Notes under the pieces: generated by a model
The model's database searches: none
Seen by the model: the letters and a program-made list of their open reading frames with translations, nothing else
What the model was told of the DNA's origin: nothing
DNA from: Acutalibacteraceae bacterium
GTDB lineage: Bacteria; Bacillota; Clostridia; Oscillospirales; Acutalibacteraceae
Direction: 5' to 3'
NCBI GenBank assembly: GCA_045630515.1
Contig: JAZQTG010000076.1
Span: 354,299 to 418,298 of the forward strand
DNA length: 64,000 nt
Made by a program: the position numbers and the translations under genes
Shown here: positions 1 through 9,507 of the stretch, piece after piece
How the letters are laid out: every line of letters begins with the position of its first letter
Position numbering within the stretch: position 1 is the first letter of the stretch

Positions 1-209
1 AACCTAACACTTATTATTCCATTAAAGTTACCTACTCTTCTGGTGTTAGCAAATCAAAATCACTATTTGCTCAAAATTCCGACAATAACGGGTTCGTTTC
101 TTGGTGTTGGACTGTTGGCGCTAAAACAAAGGTTGGAGAATACCCAGTTGAAATATTTGATAAAGACAATATAATAATTAAAACAACCTTAATGGTTACT
201 GATAAATAA
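1..209 (+). CDS. 3' end of a CDS that starts upstream of the window; C-terminal beta-sandwich-like domain of unknown function
   Basis: The frame is open from the window edge to TAA at 207-209 (...VSWCWTVGAKTKVGEYPVEIFDKDNIIIKTTLMVTDK*) and is followed by a terminator hairpin. Confidence 0.4.
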   Translation, partial: PNTYYSIKVTYSSGVSKSKSLFAQNSDNNGFVSWCWTVGAKTKVGEYPVEIFDKDNIIIKTTLMVTDK

Positions 210-210
210 A

Positions 211-249
211 AGCGGTGCTTTAAGAACAACTTAAAACACCGCTTTTTTA
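211..249. terminator. Bidirectional rho-independent terminator
   Basis: Stem agcggtg (211-217) pairs with caccgct (237-243) and is followed by a T-run. The A-rich 5' flank would let it serve the convergent minus-strand gene too. Confidence 0.6.
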
Positions 250-579
250 TATTATCTTAAAAATCACACCTAATGACACTCCAACTATAGCAACCGTTAC
301 TATTATTGAACATATAATTTTTTTATTTAATTTCAACTTCCTTTTTTGTTTTTTTAATTGGAAATTTGTTATTAATTGCTTTTCGCTTTCTATATCTTTT
401 AAAAACTCATTTGCTTTATCTCGTAATTTTATTTCAGAAGCCTCTGCAAACTCAGGTCTTACAAAAAGAATTGCCTTTTCAAAATAACAATTATCTGTAC
501 TGTTAATTTCAATTATCTGCTTGTTTACACCACGAAGCATACTATCACTCCAATCACAGATATTTTGGGACTTTGGCAA
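247..579 (-). CDS. Hypothetical C-terminally membrane-anchored protein
   Basis: 110-aa ORF with a soluble N-terminal part, a lysine-rich linker (KKQKRKLKLNKK) and one C-terminal TM helix (IICSIIVTVAIVGVSLGVIF). I do not recognise a family. Confidence 0.5.
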   Translation of the reverse strand: MPKSQNICDWSDSMLRGVNKQIIEINSTDNCYFEKAILFVRPEFAEASEIKLRDKANEFLKDIESEKQLITNFQLKKQKRKLKLNKKIICSIIVTVAIVGVSLGVIFKII

Positions 580-681
580 ATCTTTTATACAAGTATATTT
601 TTATTTTATGTAGATGCATACGGTTTTGATAACACAGTTTACTTTATACAATAGTTATGTTAAAATATAAATGGTGATAAT

Positions 682-1488
682 ATGGACTTTGTAATTGAGA
701 ATATTACTTGTTTAGACTTAGGCGAAACCTTAGACTGCGGACAGGCTTTTAGATGGAAACCTATAGATAACAATAAATGGTATGGTATCGCATTTGGTAA
801 GGAATTAACCCTTTCTTTGCAAGATGGCAAACTTACTTTTTATGATACTTCCAAAGAAGATTTCAATAAATACTGGAAAGATTATTTTGATTTAAATCGC
901 GACTATAATAGCATAGAAGCCTTTATGAAAAAAGATGATATGCTTAATAAAATGTGTGAAACTTCAAGCGGAGTGCGAGTGCTTAATCAAGAGCCTTGGG
1001 AAACTCTGTGCTCTTTTATTATTTCTCAGAACAATAATATAAAGCGAATTAAAGGTATTGTTGAGCGACTTTGCGAACAGTATGGTAAAAAACTAACAAA
1101 CGGCTACGCCTTCCCCACTGCCCAAACTATTGCAAATTTAACTTTAGATGACCTGGCACCCTTGCGAGCAGGCTTCCGTGCAAAATATATACTTGATGCC
1201 GCAAAAAAGGTTTCAAGCGGAGAAATTGATTTCCGAAAAATAAGAACACTATCTCTGGAAGAAGCCGAAAAAGAACTCACAAAAATACACGGTGTTGGTT
1301 TGAAGGTTGCCGACTGTACTCTATTATTTTCACTAGGCTTTGCCAATGCTTTTCCAAAAGACGTTTGGATAAAGCGCGCTATGCCGATACTTTTTCCAAA
1401 CGGATTACCGAAAGGCAGTGAAGGTATTGAAGGTATCCTACAACAATATATATTTTCTTTCGCCAGAAAAACAAAACTTGAAATATAA
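682..1488 (+). CDS. ogg: 8-oxoguanine DNA glycosylase / HhH-GPD family DNA glycosylase (clostridial Ogg type)
   Basis: Helix-hairpin-helix motif IHGVGLKVADCTLLFSLG and N-terminal CGQAFRW, typical of Ogg-type HhH-GPD enzymes. RBS ggtga lies upstream. Confidence 0.8.
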   Translation: MDFVIENITCLDLGETLDCGQAFRWKPIDNNKWYGIAFGKELTLSLQDGKLTFYDTSKEDFNKYWKDYFDLNRDYNSIEAFMKKDDMLNKMCETSSGVRVLNQEPWETLCSFIISQNNNIKRIKGIVERLCEQYGKKLTNGYAFPTAQTIANLTLDDLAPLRAGFRAKYILDAAKKVSSGEIDFRKIRTLSLEEAEKELTKIHGVGLKVADCTLLFSLGFANAFPKDVWIKRAMPILFPNGLPKGSEGIEGILQQYIFSFARKTKLEI

Positions 1489-1514
1489 AAAGACCGCTAT
1501 TGCGGTCTTTTTTT
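1488..1514. terminator. Bidirectional terminator between ogg and ung
   Basis: aaagaccgc / gcggtcttt hairpin followed by a T-run. Confidence 0.7.
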
Positions 1515-1515
1515 G

Positions 1516-2184
1516 CTAATCTAATTGCCAATCTATCGGTGTTAAACCTGCAGTTGCCAATATCTCATTGGTTTTTGAAAAATGCTTACAACCGAAGAAG
1601 CCGCTATATGCCGAAAGTGGACTGGGATGTGGTGCCTCAAGTTTTTTATGAATAGGGTTAGTAATCAGTTGTGCTTTTGTTTTAGCGTTAGCACCCCATA
1701 AAAGAAACACTACAGGGGTTTCTTTGTTGTTAAGTTCCGATATAACCCTATCGGTAAACTTTTCCCAACCTTTTCCCTTGTGGCTATTTGGCGTATGCTC
1801 GCGTACGGTTAATACATTGTTAAGCATAAGTACACCTTGTTTAGCCCATTTTGTAAGTTCTCCGTGACCACTTGATTCAAAACCCACATCACTTTGCAAT
1901 TCTTTAAAAATATTTTTTAGTGATGGTGGTGGCTCAACACCTTTTTGCACAGAAAAACAAAGTCCGTGCGCTTGCCCCTCGCCGTGATATGGATCTTGAC
2001 CTATAATTACAACCTTAGTATCAGCAAAAGAAGTATACCTTAGCGCATTAAAAATATCATCCATTTTAGGATAAATTGTGTACTTGGTATATTCCGCTCG
2101 CAAAAACTCGCGCAACAATATGTAATAAGGCTTTTGAAATTCATCTTTTAAAATTTCGGTCCAGTCGTTACCTAAATTAACCAT
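1516..2184 (-). CDS. ung: Uracil-DNA glycosylase
   Basis: Family-1 UDG motifs GQDPYHG (water-activating loop) and HPSPLSA (Leu intercalation loop). Confidence 0.95.
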   Translation of the reverse strand: MVNLGNDWTEILKDEFQKPYYILLREFLRAEYTKYTIYPKMDDIFNALRYTSFADTKVVIIGQDPYHGEGQAHGLCFSVQKGVEPPPSLKNIFKELQSDVGFESSGHGELTKWAKQGVLMLNNVLTVREHTPNSHKGKGWEKFTDRVISELNNKETPVVFLLWGANAKTKAQLITNPIHKKLEAPHPSPLSAYSGFFGCKHFSKTNEILATAGLTPIDWQLD

Positions 2185-2250
2185 ACAACAAATCCTTTAT
2201 GTTTTTTATAACTACAGTATAACAGAAAAATTAATTTTTTCAACTTTATA

Positions 2251-2279
2251 TTGAATGTAGCTACATTGTGTAGTATAAT
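2251..2279 (+). promoter_or_regulatory. SigA-type promoter of yhaM
   Basis: TTGAAT, 17-nt spacer, TATAAT. The spacer contains the palindrome tgtagctaca. Confidence 0.55.
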
Positions 2280-2308
2280 CAAATAAAGACTTTTAGGGGG
2301 AATTTTCT

Positions 2309-3277
2309 GTGAACTTTACTTCTATTGGCGGCGAATTTGTAGAAGGCTACTGCCTAATAAAATCTGCCGATGTTAAAACAACCGCTAAAGGTATGAAATA
2401 CCTTGACCTTACCGTCGCTGACAGTAGCGGTGAAATTATTGCTAAGTATTGGAATCTGAATGATAAAGAGCAAGACCTGTATAAATCGGGCGACGTTGTT
2501 AAAATTCGCGGCTCTATTGCTCCATACAATAACGTTAACCAACTAAAGATTGACAGAATCAGACATACAACAGCAGAAGATAATATTGATATAAACGACT
2601 TTGTTCCTAGTGCCGATTACAATCCCGAAGATATGTACAACGAACTTTTTAGAATTGCAAATGATTTTGAGGACGAGGATTTAAGGCGTTTGGTTACTAC
2701 TATTTATGAGCGCAACCGCGAAGTAATGCTATATGTACCTGCCGCTTTTAAATTGCATCACGCTATACGCGGCGGTCTACTGTACCACGTACTTTCAATC
2801 GTAAGGCTTTGTGAAAAGGTATGCGATGTATACCCCTTTGTTGATAGAGAACTGCTTATTTCGGGTGCTATGCTTCACGATATAGCAAAGATTTCTGAGT
2901 TTAGTCTTAACTCCACAGGTCTTGTTGAGGAATATTCAACAAAAGGTAACCTACTTGGACATATTCCAATGGGTGCTATGATTATTGATGGCATTGCTAA
3001 AGAGTTAGGTATAAACGAAGAAACCGCCATGCTTATAGAACATATGATTTTATCTCACCACGGCAACCCAGAATTTGGTGCCGCTGTAAGACCTATGTTC
3101 CTAGAGGCAGAACTTTTAAGCGAACTTGACCTTATGGACTCTCGCGTTTATGAAATTGCGAGCGCAACTAAAGATTTAGACAAAGGCAAATTCTCCTCTC
3201 GTCAATGGGCGCTTGATAATGTTAAACTTTATAATCATAAAAGAAAGAATATAATAGCAAGTGCAAAATTATTTTAA
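2309..3277 (+). CDS. yhaM: 3'-5' exoribonuclease YhaM (OB-fold plus HD domain)
   Basis: N-terminal OB-fold region (CLIKSADVKTTAKGMKYLDLTVADSSGEI) and an HD domain (HHAIRGGLLYH ... LHDIAK ... LSHHG). GTG start after RBS aggggg. Confidence 0.8.
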   Translation: MNFTSIGGEFVEGYCLIKSADVKTTAKGMKYLDLTVADSSGEIIAKYWNLNDKEQDLYKSGDVVKIRGSIAPYNNVNQLKIDRIRHTTAEDNIDINDFVPSADYNPEDMYNELFRIANDFEDEDLRRLVTTIYERNREVMLYVPAAFKLHHAIRGGLLYHVLSIVRLCEKVCDVYPFVDRELLISGAMLHDIAKISEFSLNSTGLVEEYSTKGNLLGHIPMGAMIIDGIAKELGINEETAMLIEHMILSHHGNPEFGAAVRPMFLEAELLSELDLMDSRVYEIASATKDLDKGKFSSRQWALDNVKLYNHKRKNIIASAKLF

Positions 3278-3282
3278 AACTA

Positions 3283-3318
3283 AAAGCGTTGGTATTTCTA
3301 CCAACGCTTTCCTTTTTT
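3283..3318. terminator. Bidirectional terminator (yhaM / rubrerythrin)
   Basis: aagcgttggta / taccaacgctt hairpin plus a T-run. Confidence 0.7.
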
Positions 3319-3970
3319 AATAGTTCTGTTTTCTTACTTCAAAGTAGCTTTGTGGATGGTTACATACAGGGCAAACTTCCGGTGCCTTTGTACCAACAAC
3401 AATATGTCCACAATTACGGCACTCCCAAACTGTTACGCCGCTCTTCTCAAACACCTGTTTAGTTTCAACATTGTTAAGAAGTGCACGATATCTTTCCTCA
3501 TGCTCTTTTTCAATGGCGGCAACACCGCGAAAACGAGCTGCTAAATCATGGAAGCCTTCTTCATCCGCTTCTTTAGCCATACGCTCATACATATCGGTCC
3601 ATTCTGCATTTTCACCTTCAGCAGCATGCGCTAAGTTTTGAGCAGTATCACCTAACTCGCCAAGCTCTTTAAACCAAAGTTTAGCATGTTCTTTTTCATT
3701 GTCTGCTGTTTTTAAGAAAAGTTCTGCAATTTGCTCGTAGCCTGCTTTTTTAGCAACAGAAGCAAAATAGGTATATTTGTTTCTAGCTTGAGATTCGCCT
3801 GCAAAAGCCTCCCATAAATTTTTCTCTGTTTTTGTTCCTGCGTATTTGTTAGTTGCCATTACTTTTTCCTCCTTAAATTTTGATGCCGGTACATGACATA
3901 TTGGACATTCTTGTGGTGCGGCGGTTCCTTCGTGAACATAACCGCATACTGTACAAATAAATTTACTCAT
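3317..3970 (-). CDS. rbr: Rubrerythrin with rubredoxin-like CxxC...CxxC domains at both termini
   Basis: The ferritin-like diiron core ([10 protein letters not shown] ... NEKEHAKLW ... [11 protein letters not shown] ... EKEHEERY) is flanked by CTVCGY..CPIC at the N-terminus and CRNCGH..CPVC at the C-terminus. Confidence 0.85.
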   Translation of the reverse strand: MSKFICTVCGYVHEGTAAPQECPICHVPASKFKEEKVMATNKYAGTKTEKNLWEAFAGESQARNKYTYFASVAKKAGYEQIAELFLKTADNEKEHAKLWFKELGELGDTAQNLAHAAEGENAEWTDMYERMAKEADEEGFHDLAARFRGVAAIEKEHEERYRALLNNVETKQVFEKSGVTVWECRNCGHIVVGTKAPEVCPVCNHPQSYFEVRKQNY

Positions 3971-4365
3971 AAATTTTCCTCCTCATAAATTAACTGACAT
4001 TTAGGACAAATCCCTTCAAAAACGGTACGATGTCGCGATACCTTAAAACCGGTTGTGCTTGCGGCAGTTTCATCCAGTTTTTCGGCATAAGGTGATGGTA
4101 CGTCAAACACCTTATCACAACAAGTGCATATTATATGATAATGTTTATCCTGCCTTAAATCAAACCTGTCGGCAGTTGGTACCTTAATATGCAATATCTC
4201 ACCATTTTCGGAAAGTACATTCAAGTTTCTGTATACCGTACCGCGACTTATGTGATTATCAACCTGACGCACATCTAAATAAATTTCATCTGCTGTGGGG
4301 TGATCCATACGCTCGCGTACAGCATCTAAAACAATTTGCCTTTGCCGGGTATTTCGTTGTTGCAT
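3967..4365 (-). CDS. perR: Fur-family transcriptional regulator, PerR-like
   Basis: Fur-family winged helix ([11 protein letters not shown]...HPTADEIY) and C-terminal CxxC...CxxC structural Zn site. It overlaps the rbr start by 4 nt. Confidence 0.8.
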   Translation of the reverse strand: MQQRNTRQRQIVLDAVRERMDHPTADEIYLDVRQVDNHISRGTVYRNLNVLSENGEILHIKVPTADRFDLRQDKHYHIICTCCDKVFDVPSPYAEKLDETAASTTGFKVSRHRTVFEGICPKCQLIYEEENL

Positions 4366-4466
4366 CGTATCGCCTCCTTATCACTATTAGGATTTGATAC
4401 TATCATAACCTATCTTTTTTATTTTGTCAAGATTATTTTTATAAATTTTTTAAAAAAATATTCGCA

Positions 4467-4495
4467 TTGACAAGTTTTTATCCGTGATATATAAT
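4467..4495 (+). promoter_or_regulatory. Consensus SigA promoter of mscL
   Basis: TTGACA (4467-4472), 17-nt spacer, TATAAT (4490-4495). Confidence 0.65.
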
Positions 4496-4543
4496 AGAAT
4501 TGTTAAAAAACTTGCTACGGCAAGTCAAAATGGAGAAATTAAA

Positions 4544-4981
4544 ATGAAGAAGTTTTTAAAAGATTTTAAAGAGTTTGCAATGAAAGGCAATGTACTTGAT
4601 ATGGCAGTCGGTGTTGTTATCGGCTCTGCTTTCGGTAAAATTGTTTCTTCCTTTGTTGCAGATGTAGTTACTCCCCTTTTAGGTTTACTACTTGGCAAAA
4701 TTAAGTTCACCGATTTACGTTGGGTTATTAAAGCTGCCGGTGCAGACCCTACACTTGAGCCTGAGGTTGCACTTACATACGGTAACTTTTTACAAAGTGT
4801 TATTGACTTTTTGATTATTGCGCTTGCTATATTTATTGTTTTACGCGTAATGATGAACCTTAAAGACCGCTTTGCAAAGAAAGAAGAGGAAGTTGTTGAG
4901 GAGGCTCCTGCAGAACCAGAGCAATCTGAAGAACTTAAAACTCTTATTGAAATCCGCGATTTACTTAAAAAGGATAAATAA
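4544..4981 (+). CDS. mscL: Large-conductance mechanosensitive channel
   Basis: MKKFLKDFKEFAMKGNVLDMAVGVVIGSAFGKIVSSFVADVVTPLLG is the canonical MscL N-terminus. I chose the ATG at 4544, behind RBS ggaga, over the ORF-track start at 4484. Confidence 0.9.
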   Translation: MKKFLKDFKEFAMKGNVLDMAVGVVIGSAFGKIVSSFVADVVTPLLGLLLGKIKFTDLRWVIKAAGADPTLEPEVALTYGNFLQSVIDFLIIALAIFIVLRVMMNLKDRFAKKEEEVVEEAPAEPEQSEELKTLIEIRDLLKKDK

Positions 4982-4990
4982 TAAAATAAA

Positions 4991-5018
4991 ACACCTACCA
5001 AGTTTGGTAGGTGTTTTT
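4991..5018 (+). terminator. mscL terminator
   Basis: 10-bp stem acacctacca / tggtaggtgt, loop agtt, then a T-run. Confidence 0.8.
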
Positions 5019-5095
5019 TGGTGAAGACGAGTGGACTTGAACCACCGACCCCCTGCATGTCAAGCAGGTACTCTAACCAACTGAGCTACGCCTTC
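5019..5095 (-). tRNA. tRNA-Val (anticodon GAC)
   Basis: The reverse complement folds as a cloverleaf: acceptor GAAGGCG/CGTCTTC, D arm GCTCAGTTGGTTAGAGT, anticodon stem CCTGC/GCAGG with loop TTGACAT, T arm GGTGGTTCAAGTCCACT, encoded CCA. Confidence 0.85.
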
Positions 5096-5196
5096 ATTTT
5101 TATTGCTTGCATATTTTAACATATCGCCTTTAAAAAATCAAGGTGTTATTAGAAAAAAGCGTGCTAATGCTTATTTGCTATAGCACGCTTTAAATT

Positions 5197-5676
5197 TTAG
5201 AGTTCTAAAGTTATATTTTTATTGCCCATCTCATACTTACGGAATGTTACTCCGGCAGATTTCATCATCATTTTTGAAGCAATAACAGAATCGGTGCTGG
5301 AATATTTATCCTCCATATAAATAATTTCTGAAATGCCGCTTTGGATAAGTGCCTTTGCACACTCGTTACAGGGGAACAATGTTGTGTAAATTCTGCAACC
5401 CTCTAATGTACCGCCGCGGAAATTAAGTATTGCATTTAGTTCAGCGTGGCAAACGTAAAGATACTTTGTATTAAGTGCATCTCCATCTCTATCCCATGGA
5501 TAAGAATCGTCAGAACAACCAGACGGCATACCGTTATAGCCAACCGACATTATACGGTTTGTTTTACTTACTATACATGCACCAACCTGTGTACCGGGGT
5601 CTTTACTGCGACCTGCAGAAAGCATAGCAACCCCCATGAAATATTCGTCCCAATTAAGATAACCGCTACGTTTCAA
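5197..5676 (-). CDS. comEB: dCMP deaminase (ComEB-type)
   Basis: Cytidine/deoxycytidylate deaminase zinc motifs CHAELNAI and PCNECAK. Confidence 0.9.
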   Translation of the reverse strand: MKRSGYLNWDEYFMGVAMLSAGRSKDPGTQVGACIVSKTNRIMSVGYNGMPSGCSDDSYPWDRDGDALNTKYLYVCHAELNAILNFRGGTLEGCRIYTTLFPCNECAKALIQSGISEIIYMEDKYSSTDSVIASKMMMKSAGVTFRKYEMGNKNITLEL

Positions 5677-5682
5677 AATAGT

Positions 5683-6921
5683 TCATTCCTTTACATTTTT
5701 ATTATTTATATTTGAAAATAGTATTGCTACAACAGTTATAAGTGGGAAAATCGTGCCCACCAAAAAGCCCAATTTAATTGCCACTTGCTCACAAGGGACA
5801 TTCAACCTTGCGCTTAATTCGTAAATCTTTTGGCTTTTTTCTGCAAAGTCTGACACTACACCTGTAAGCCAAGGGCCAACAGAACAACCAATATCACCAC
5901 AAAGTGCCAATATACCAAACATTGCGGTACCACCACCTTTAAAGGTAGTACCTGCCATGCTATAAGTACCAGGCCACATAATTCCTACCGCAAAACCGCT
6001 CAGTGCTAATGCAACAAAAGATATTACGGGGTTTAACGAAACACCTGCCGCAAAATAACACACAACACATAATACTCCGCAAAACAACATAGCCAAACGC
6101 ATTGGTATTTGTTTTTCAAAAATACCATAAAGAATACGCGCTACACCCATAAAGGCTGCAAACAAACACGGACCTAATATATCGCCGATTAGTTTTGGTA
6201 CGCCTAATCCTTTCTCTGCAAAAAATGACGCCCATTGAGACATAGCAAGTTCTGACGATCCTGCAGAAAGCATTAAAAATATAAATACAATAAAGGTGCC
6301 TTGTTTAAAAATTTGCTTAATTGGAGTACGCTCTTCTTTTTTTAGCATTGGCGGAAGTTCGGCTTTAAAAAACGCCACCATATTTGCTAAGGGCACTAAT
6401 GACCACAAAACAGGTAAAACATACCAATACTCTTTGCCAAAAGCAAATACAAACAATGTTGTTAGCAACACTACAAGCATTTGACCCCAACAATAAAAGG
6501 AGTGCAGAAAACTCATTGCTGCGCCTTTACCCTCTTGCACCATTCCGTCTAGTAGTGGGCTAACCATTACCTCTATCATACCGCCACCTATGGCAAAAAA
6601 CAAGGTGGAAATTAAAAGCGCAATATAAATATCCGTAAACGCCAAAGGTAAAACGGTAATAAATATAAGACCTATTCCCGCACAACCGTGCGATAGAATC
6701 ATTGCCCTTCTATAACCCAGCCTGTCACCGTAACGCGTAGCCAAAATATCAACCGACATTTGAATTAAAAAATTAATAAGAATAAGGCTACCAAGTTTTT
6801 GGTTGTTTAAGCCAAACTCCTCACGGAAAATAACAAAAAACAAGGGCAGCAAATTGTTTACAACCGCCTGCACTATGTATCCAACATAACAATTCCAAAC
6901 GGTCTTTTTATATCTATTCAT
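5683..6921 (-). CDS. MFS transporter
   Basis: 412 aa with about 12 predicted TM helices in two six-helix halves separated by a charged loop (MLKKEERTPIKQ). Substrate unknown. Confidence 0.75.
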   Translation of the reverse strand: MNRYKKTVWNCYVGYIVQAVVNNLLPLFFVIFREEFGLNNQKLGSLILINFLIQMSVDILATRYGDRLGYRRAMILSHGCAGIGLIFITVLPLAFTDIYIALLISTLFFAIGGGMIEVMVSPLLDGMVQEGKGAAMSFLHSFYCWGQMLVVLLTTLFVFAFGKEYWYVLPVLWSLVPLANMVAFFKAELPPMLKKEERTPIKQIFKQGTFIVFIFLMLSAGSSELAMSQWASFFAEKGLGVPKLIGDILGPCLFAAFMGVARILYGIFEKQIPMRLAMLFCGVLCVVCYFAAGVSLNPVISFVALALSGFAVGIMWPGTYSMAGTTFKGGGTAMFGILALCGDIGCSVGPWLTGVVSDFAEKSQKIYELSARLNVPCEQVAIKLGFLVGTIFPLITVVAILFSNINNKNVKE

Positions 6922-7570
6922 GCAGGTCTATAATCCTTAAAATTTCGTCGGCCTCTTTTACTATATAATTTGCACCTGCGTTTTTAAGTTCTTCCTCGGT
7001 TCTAAATCCCCAAAGAACACCACAAGACACAGCACCGCTATTCTTTGCGGTTTCCATATCAACCGAAGTATCACCAACAAACAAGCACTCTTCAGGAGAG
7101 AGGTCTAACTCTTTTAATGCCTTTAAAGTTAGCAACGGGTCGGGTTTATTAGGCACACCGTCAACTTGACCGTATACTACATCCATACCACCAAAAAAGT
7201 GATTAATAATATTTTTAGCAATAGGCTCTACCTTATTTGTAATACAACCAACCTTCATACCTTTTTGTTTTAATGCGGCTACTAATTCTGCAACTCCGCT
7301 ATACACAGTGGTATGCACAGTGCAGTGGTCTTTATAATAATCAAAGAAAATATCGCGAATTTGCTTTAAAGTATCAGGGTCAACCTTGTTGGGCTCTAAA
7401 GCGCGTTCAATCATAACATATATGCCATTGCCGGCATAATAAGCGTAGTTCTCTATCGGCTTTTCGGGGTAGCCAAACTCACCCATAGCGTAATTAGTGG
7501 CAACAGCAAGGTCGTTCATAGAATTAACCAAAGTGCCGTCCATATCAAAAAATACTGCCTTAATTTTCAT
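6914..7570 (-). CDS. HAD-superfamily hydrolase (phosphoglycolate phosphatase/PpaX-like)
   Basis: HAD motif I FFDMDGTL, motif II CITNK, motif III/IV K...VGDTSVD. Overlaps the MFS gene by 8 nt. Confidence 0.8.
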   Translation of the reverse strand: MKIKAVFFDMDGTLVNSMNDLAVATNYAMGEFGYPEKPIENYAYYAGNGIYVMIERALEPNKVDPDTLKQIRDIFFDYYKDHCTVHTTVYSGVAELVAALKQKGMKVGCITNKVEPIAKNIINHFFGGMDVVYGQVDGVPNKPDPLLTLKALKELDLSPEECLFVGDTSVDMETAKNSGAVSCGVLWGFRTEEELKNAGANYIVKEADEILRIIDLHE

Positions 7571-7581
7571 AAATCATTCAC

Positions 7582-8454
7582 CTAAATTAACGTAATTTTA
7601 TATCCAAATTCGTGTGTTTCCCCTGCAGGTAGCATAATCATACCCTTGCGGTTTTCCAAAAGTCTGCTTTCGTGGGTATATGAACCTGGCGAAGTCCATG
7701 GTTCTATGCATAAAAAGTTACCGTTTTTCATTTGCCAAAGCGCAAGATTTTGGAAACCTTCAAAATCCATTCTAATACCCCTGCCGCTATTTTTAGACAA
7801 AAGTTCTACACCGCGGCTTTTAAGCGTTTCTAAAACAAGAACACCTTTTTGGAAGAGTTCGTGATTTAGTTGTAAATATTGGGTATCGTTAAGTACGGGT
7901 ATATAATTTTCAGCATCTGCCATGGCATCGCGAATTAAATGGGGCGCACTACAGTTTTCAGAATAATCAAATTTCAAGTAATAATCTTCAAACTGCTCAT
8001 CATCTTCCATAGGCACGTTAAAACCCGGATGACCGCCTACCGCATACGGCATATCCTTTTCGCCTGTGTTGGTTATTTTAAACCTTACATACATAGAATC
8101 TTGCGAAAGTTCATAACAAACATCAAAACAGAAATTAAAAGGATAACGCTCTAGTGTGTACTTGTTCTGCTCAAGGCGTAAAATAAGTTTGTCTGAATAT
8201 TTTTCGTGCACTCTAAAATTACAAGCTGCGGCAAAGCCGTGGTCTTCAATAAAATACTCTTTACCTTCATATAGATATGTATTATCCTTTTGCCTGCCGA
8301 CTATTGGAAATATAGTTGGCGATTGCCCTGCCCAAACATCTGCATCACCCTGCCACAAATACTCTGTTCCGTGCACATCGCAAAGTGAACGAAGTTCGGC
8401 ACCAAGACTATCAACCGAAATATATATATTACCATTGTTAATTTTATGAATCAT
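7582..8454 (-). CDS. Aldose 1-epimerase family protein (LacX-like)
   Basis: Size and motifs typical of the galactose-mutarotase-like fold (FPIVGR..., GGHPGFNVP, LCIEPW). Confidence 0.75.
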   Translation of the reverse strand: MIHKINNGNIYISVDSLGAELRSLCDVHGTEYLWQGDADVWAGQSPTIFPIVGRQKDNTYLYEGKEYFIEDHGFAAACNFRVHEKYSDKLILRLEQNKYTLERYPFNFCFDVCYELSQDSMYVRFKITNTGEKDMPYAVGGHPGFNVPMEDDEQFEDYYLKFDYSENCSAPHLIRDAMADAENYIPVLNDTQYLQLNHELFQKGVLVLETLKSRGVELLSKNSGRGIRMDFEGFQNLALWQMKNGNFLCIEPWTSPGSYTHESRLLENRKGMIMLPAGETHEFGYKITLI

Positions 8455-8619
8455 AGTTATATAACAACCTTTCTTGCTCTAAAACATTTTACCATAAGCA
8501 GCACAATATAACAACAATTTTAATAAATTTTAAAATATTTTAAAAAAACACTTGCATTTTCATTTTATATCTGTTATTATAATCTTCGCTATGTAATCAA
8601 TATCAAGGAGGTGCAGATC

Positions 8620-8808
8620 ATGGCAAAGTGTGATATCTGCAGTAAAGAAATTAGCTTCGGTATTAAGGTTTCCCACTCACACAGACGTTCTAACAGAACC
8701 TGGAAGCCTAACGTACAGCGCGTTAAGGCTATTGTTGACGGTTCTCCCCGTCGTATAAATGCCTGCACCCGTTGCTTGCGTTCAGGTAAAGTTACCCGCG
8801 CTATCTAA
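8620..8808 (+). CDS. rpmB: 50S ribosomal protein L28
   Basis: MAKCDICSKE...SHSHRRSNRTWKPNVQ is canonical L28. The ATG at 8620 follows RBS aaggagg. Confidence 0.95.
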   Translation: MAKCDICSKEISFGIKVSHSHRRSNRTWKPNVQRVKAIVDGSPRRINACTRCLRSGKVTRAI

Positions 8809-8830
8809 TTATTAGCAGAATAAAAACTGG

Positions 8831-8867
8831 CGGAGCTTTTCTTTTTTAAGAAAGGCTCCGTTTTTTT
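8831..8867. terminator. Bidirectional terminator after rpmB
   Basis: 11-bp stem cggagcttttc / gaaaggctccg followed by T7. Confidence 0.75.
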
Positions 8868-8875
8868 ATGTAATA

Positions 8876-9148
8876 TTATCGGTAACACAAAAATAAAATT
8901 ATTATATGCAACATAGCAAGTAACGGAAAACTTATCATAAACTTTGGTTTTAGCGTTTTATGGTGCACTAATTTCATAGAAAGAAACATTAAAAATGCAC
9001 CACCGAATATTCCAAAAAAAAATAATGTAGCCTCGCTTATTCTGTTAAACGAATGAATTGCATTATATTTGTCTATAACAACCATTATTGCACCGGTTAA
9101 CGACATAGCAATAAAAATATAAAGTACGGTTAAAAACAGTTGTGGCAT
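8876..9148 (-). CDS. DUF1294 family membrane protein
   Basis: The pattern DKYNAIHSFNRISEATLFFFGIFGGAFLMFLSMKLVHHKTLKPKF matches the DUF1294 signature (DK..A....RI.E..L...GG..G......HKT.K.KF). Confidence 0.7.
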   Translation of the reverse strand: MPQLFLTVLYIFIAMSLTGAIMVVIDKYNAIHSFNRISEATLFFFGIFGGAFLMFLSMKLVHHKTLKPKFMISFPLLAMLHIIILFLCYR

Positions 9149-9152
9149 TTCT

Positions 9153-9392
9153 CTACTCCTTTAAAATAAGCGAGCCTTTACCGTTGAGTAGGTCGTCGCC
9201 CATTTCTTTAGACACTTGATACTTATTTTTACATTCTGTGCAAATTGCTGTGTATTTGCGATTGTGTTGAATATACTTTACAGCTACCGTAATACCTGTT
9301 TTAAAAACCTTGACTTCACATGGTTTCATGCACCTAGGGCAGAGGGCAAAAAATGTATATGGTCCCTCAAATAGCGGATTAACTATAGACAT
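9153..9392 (-). CDS. Hypothetical small zinc-ribbon protein
   Basis: CPRC...CTEC cysteine pairs. I preferred the ATG at 9392, with upstream aggtagggg, over the TTG at 9410. Confidence 0.5.
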   Translation of the reverse strand: MSIVNPLFEGPYTFFALCPRCMKPCEVKVFKTGITVAVKYIQHNRKYTAICTECKNKYQVSKEMGDDLLNGKGSLILKE

Positions 9393-9507
9393 TATACCCC
9401 TACCTTTCAATAAAAAATTACATATATTATCTTACCATATTATAGAAAATATGCAAGTTATTATTGACCTTTTGGGGTATTAAATATAAAATAAAGTAGG
9501 CCTGTGT

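Noticed and set aside
4525-5058. 177-aa ORF antisense to mscL that runs into the tRNA-Val gene.
   Set aside because: It lies entirely opposite a well-supported mscL CDS and a tRNA. It has a Ser/Thr/Lys-rich low-complexity composition and no RBS, so it is a typical shadow ORF.
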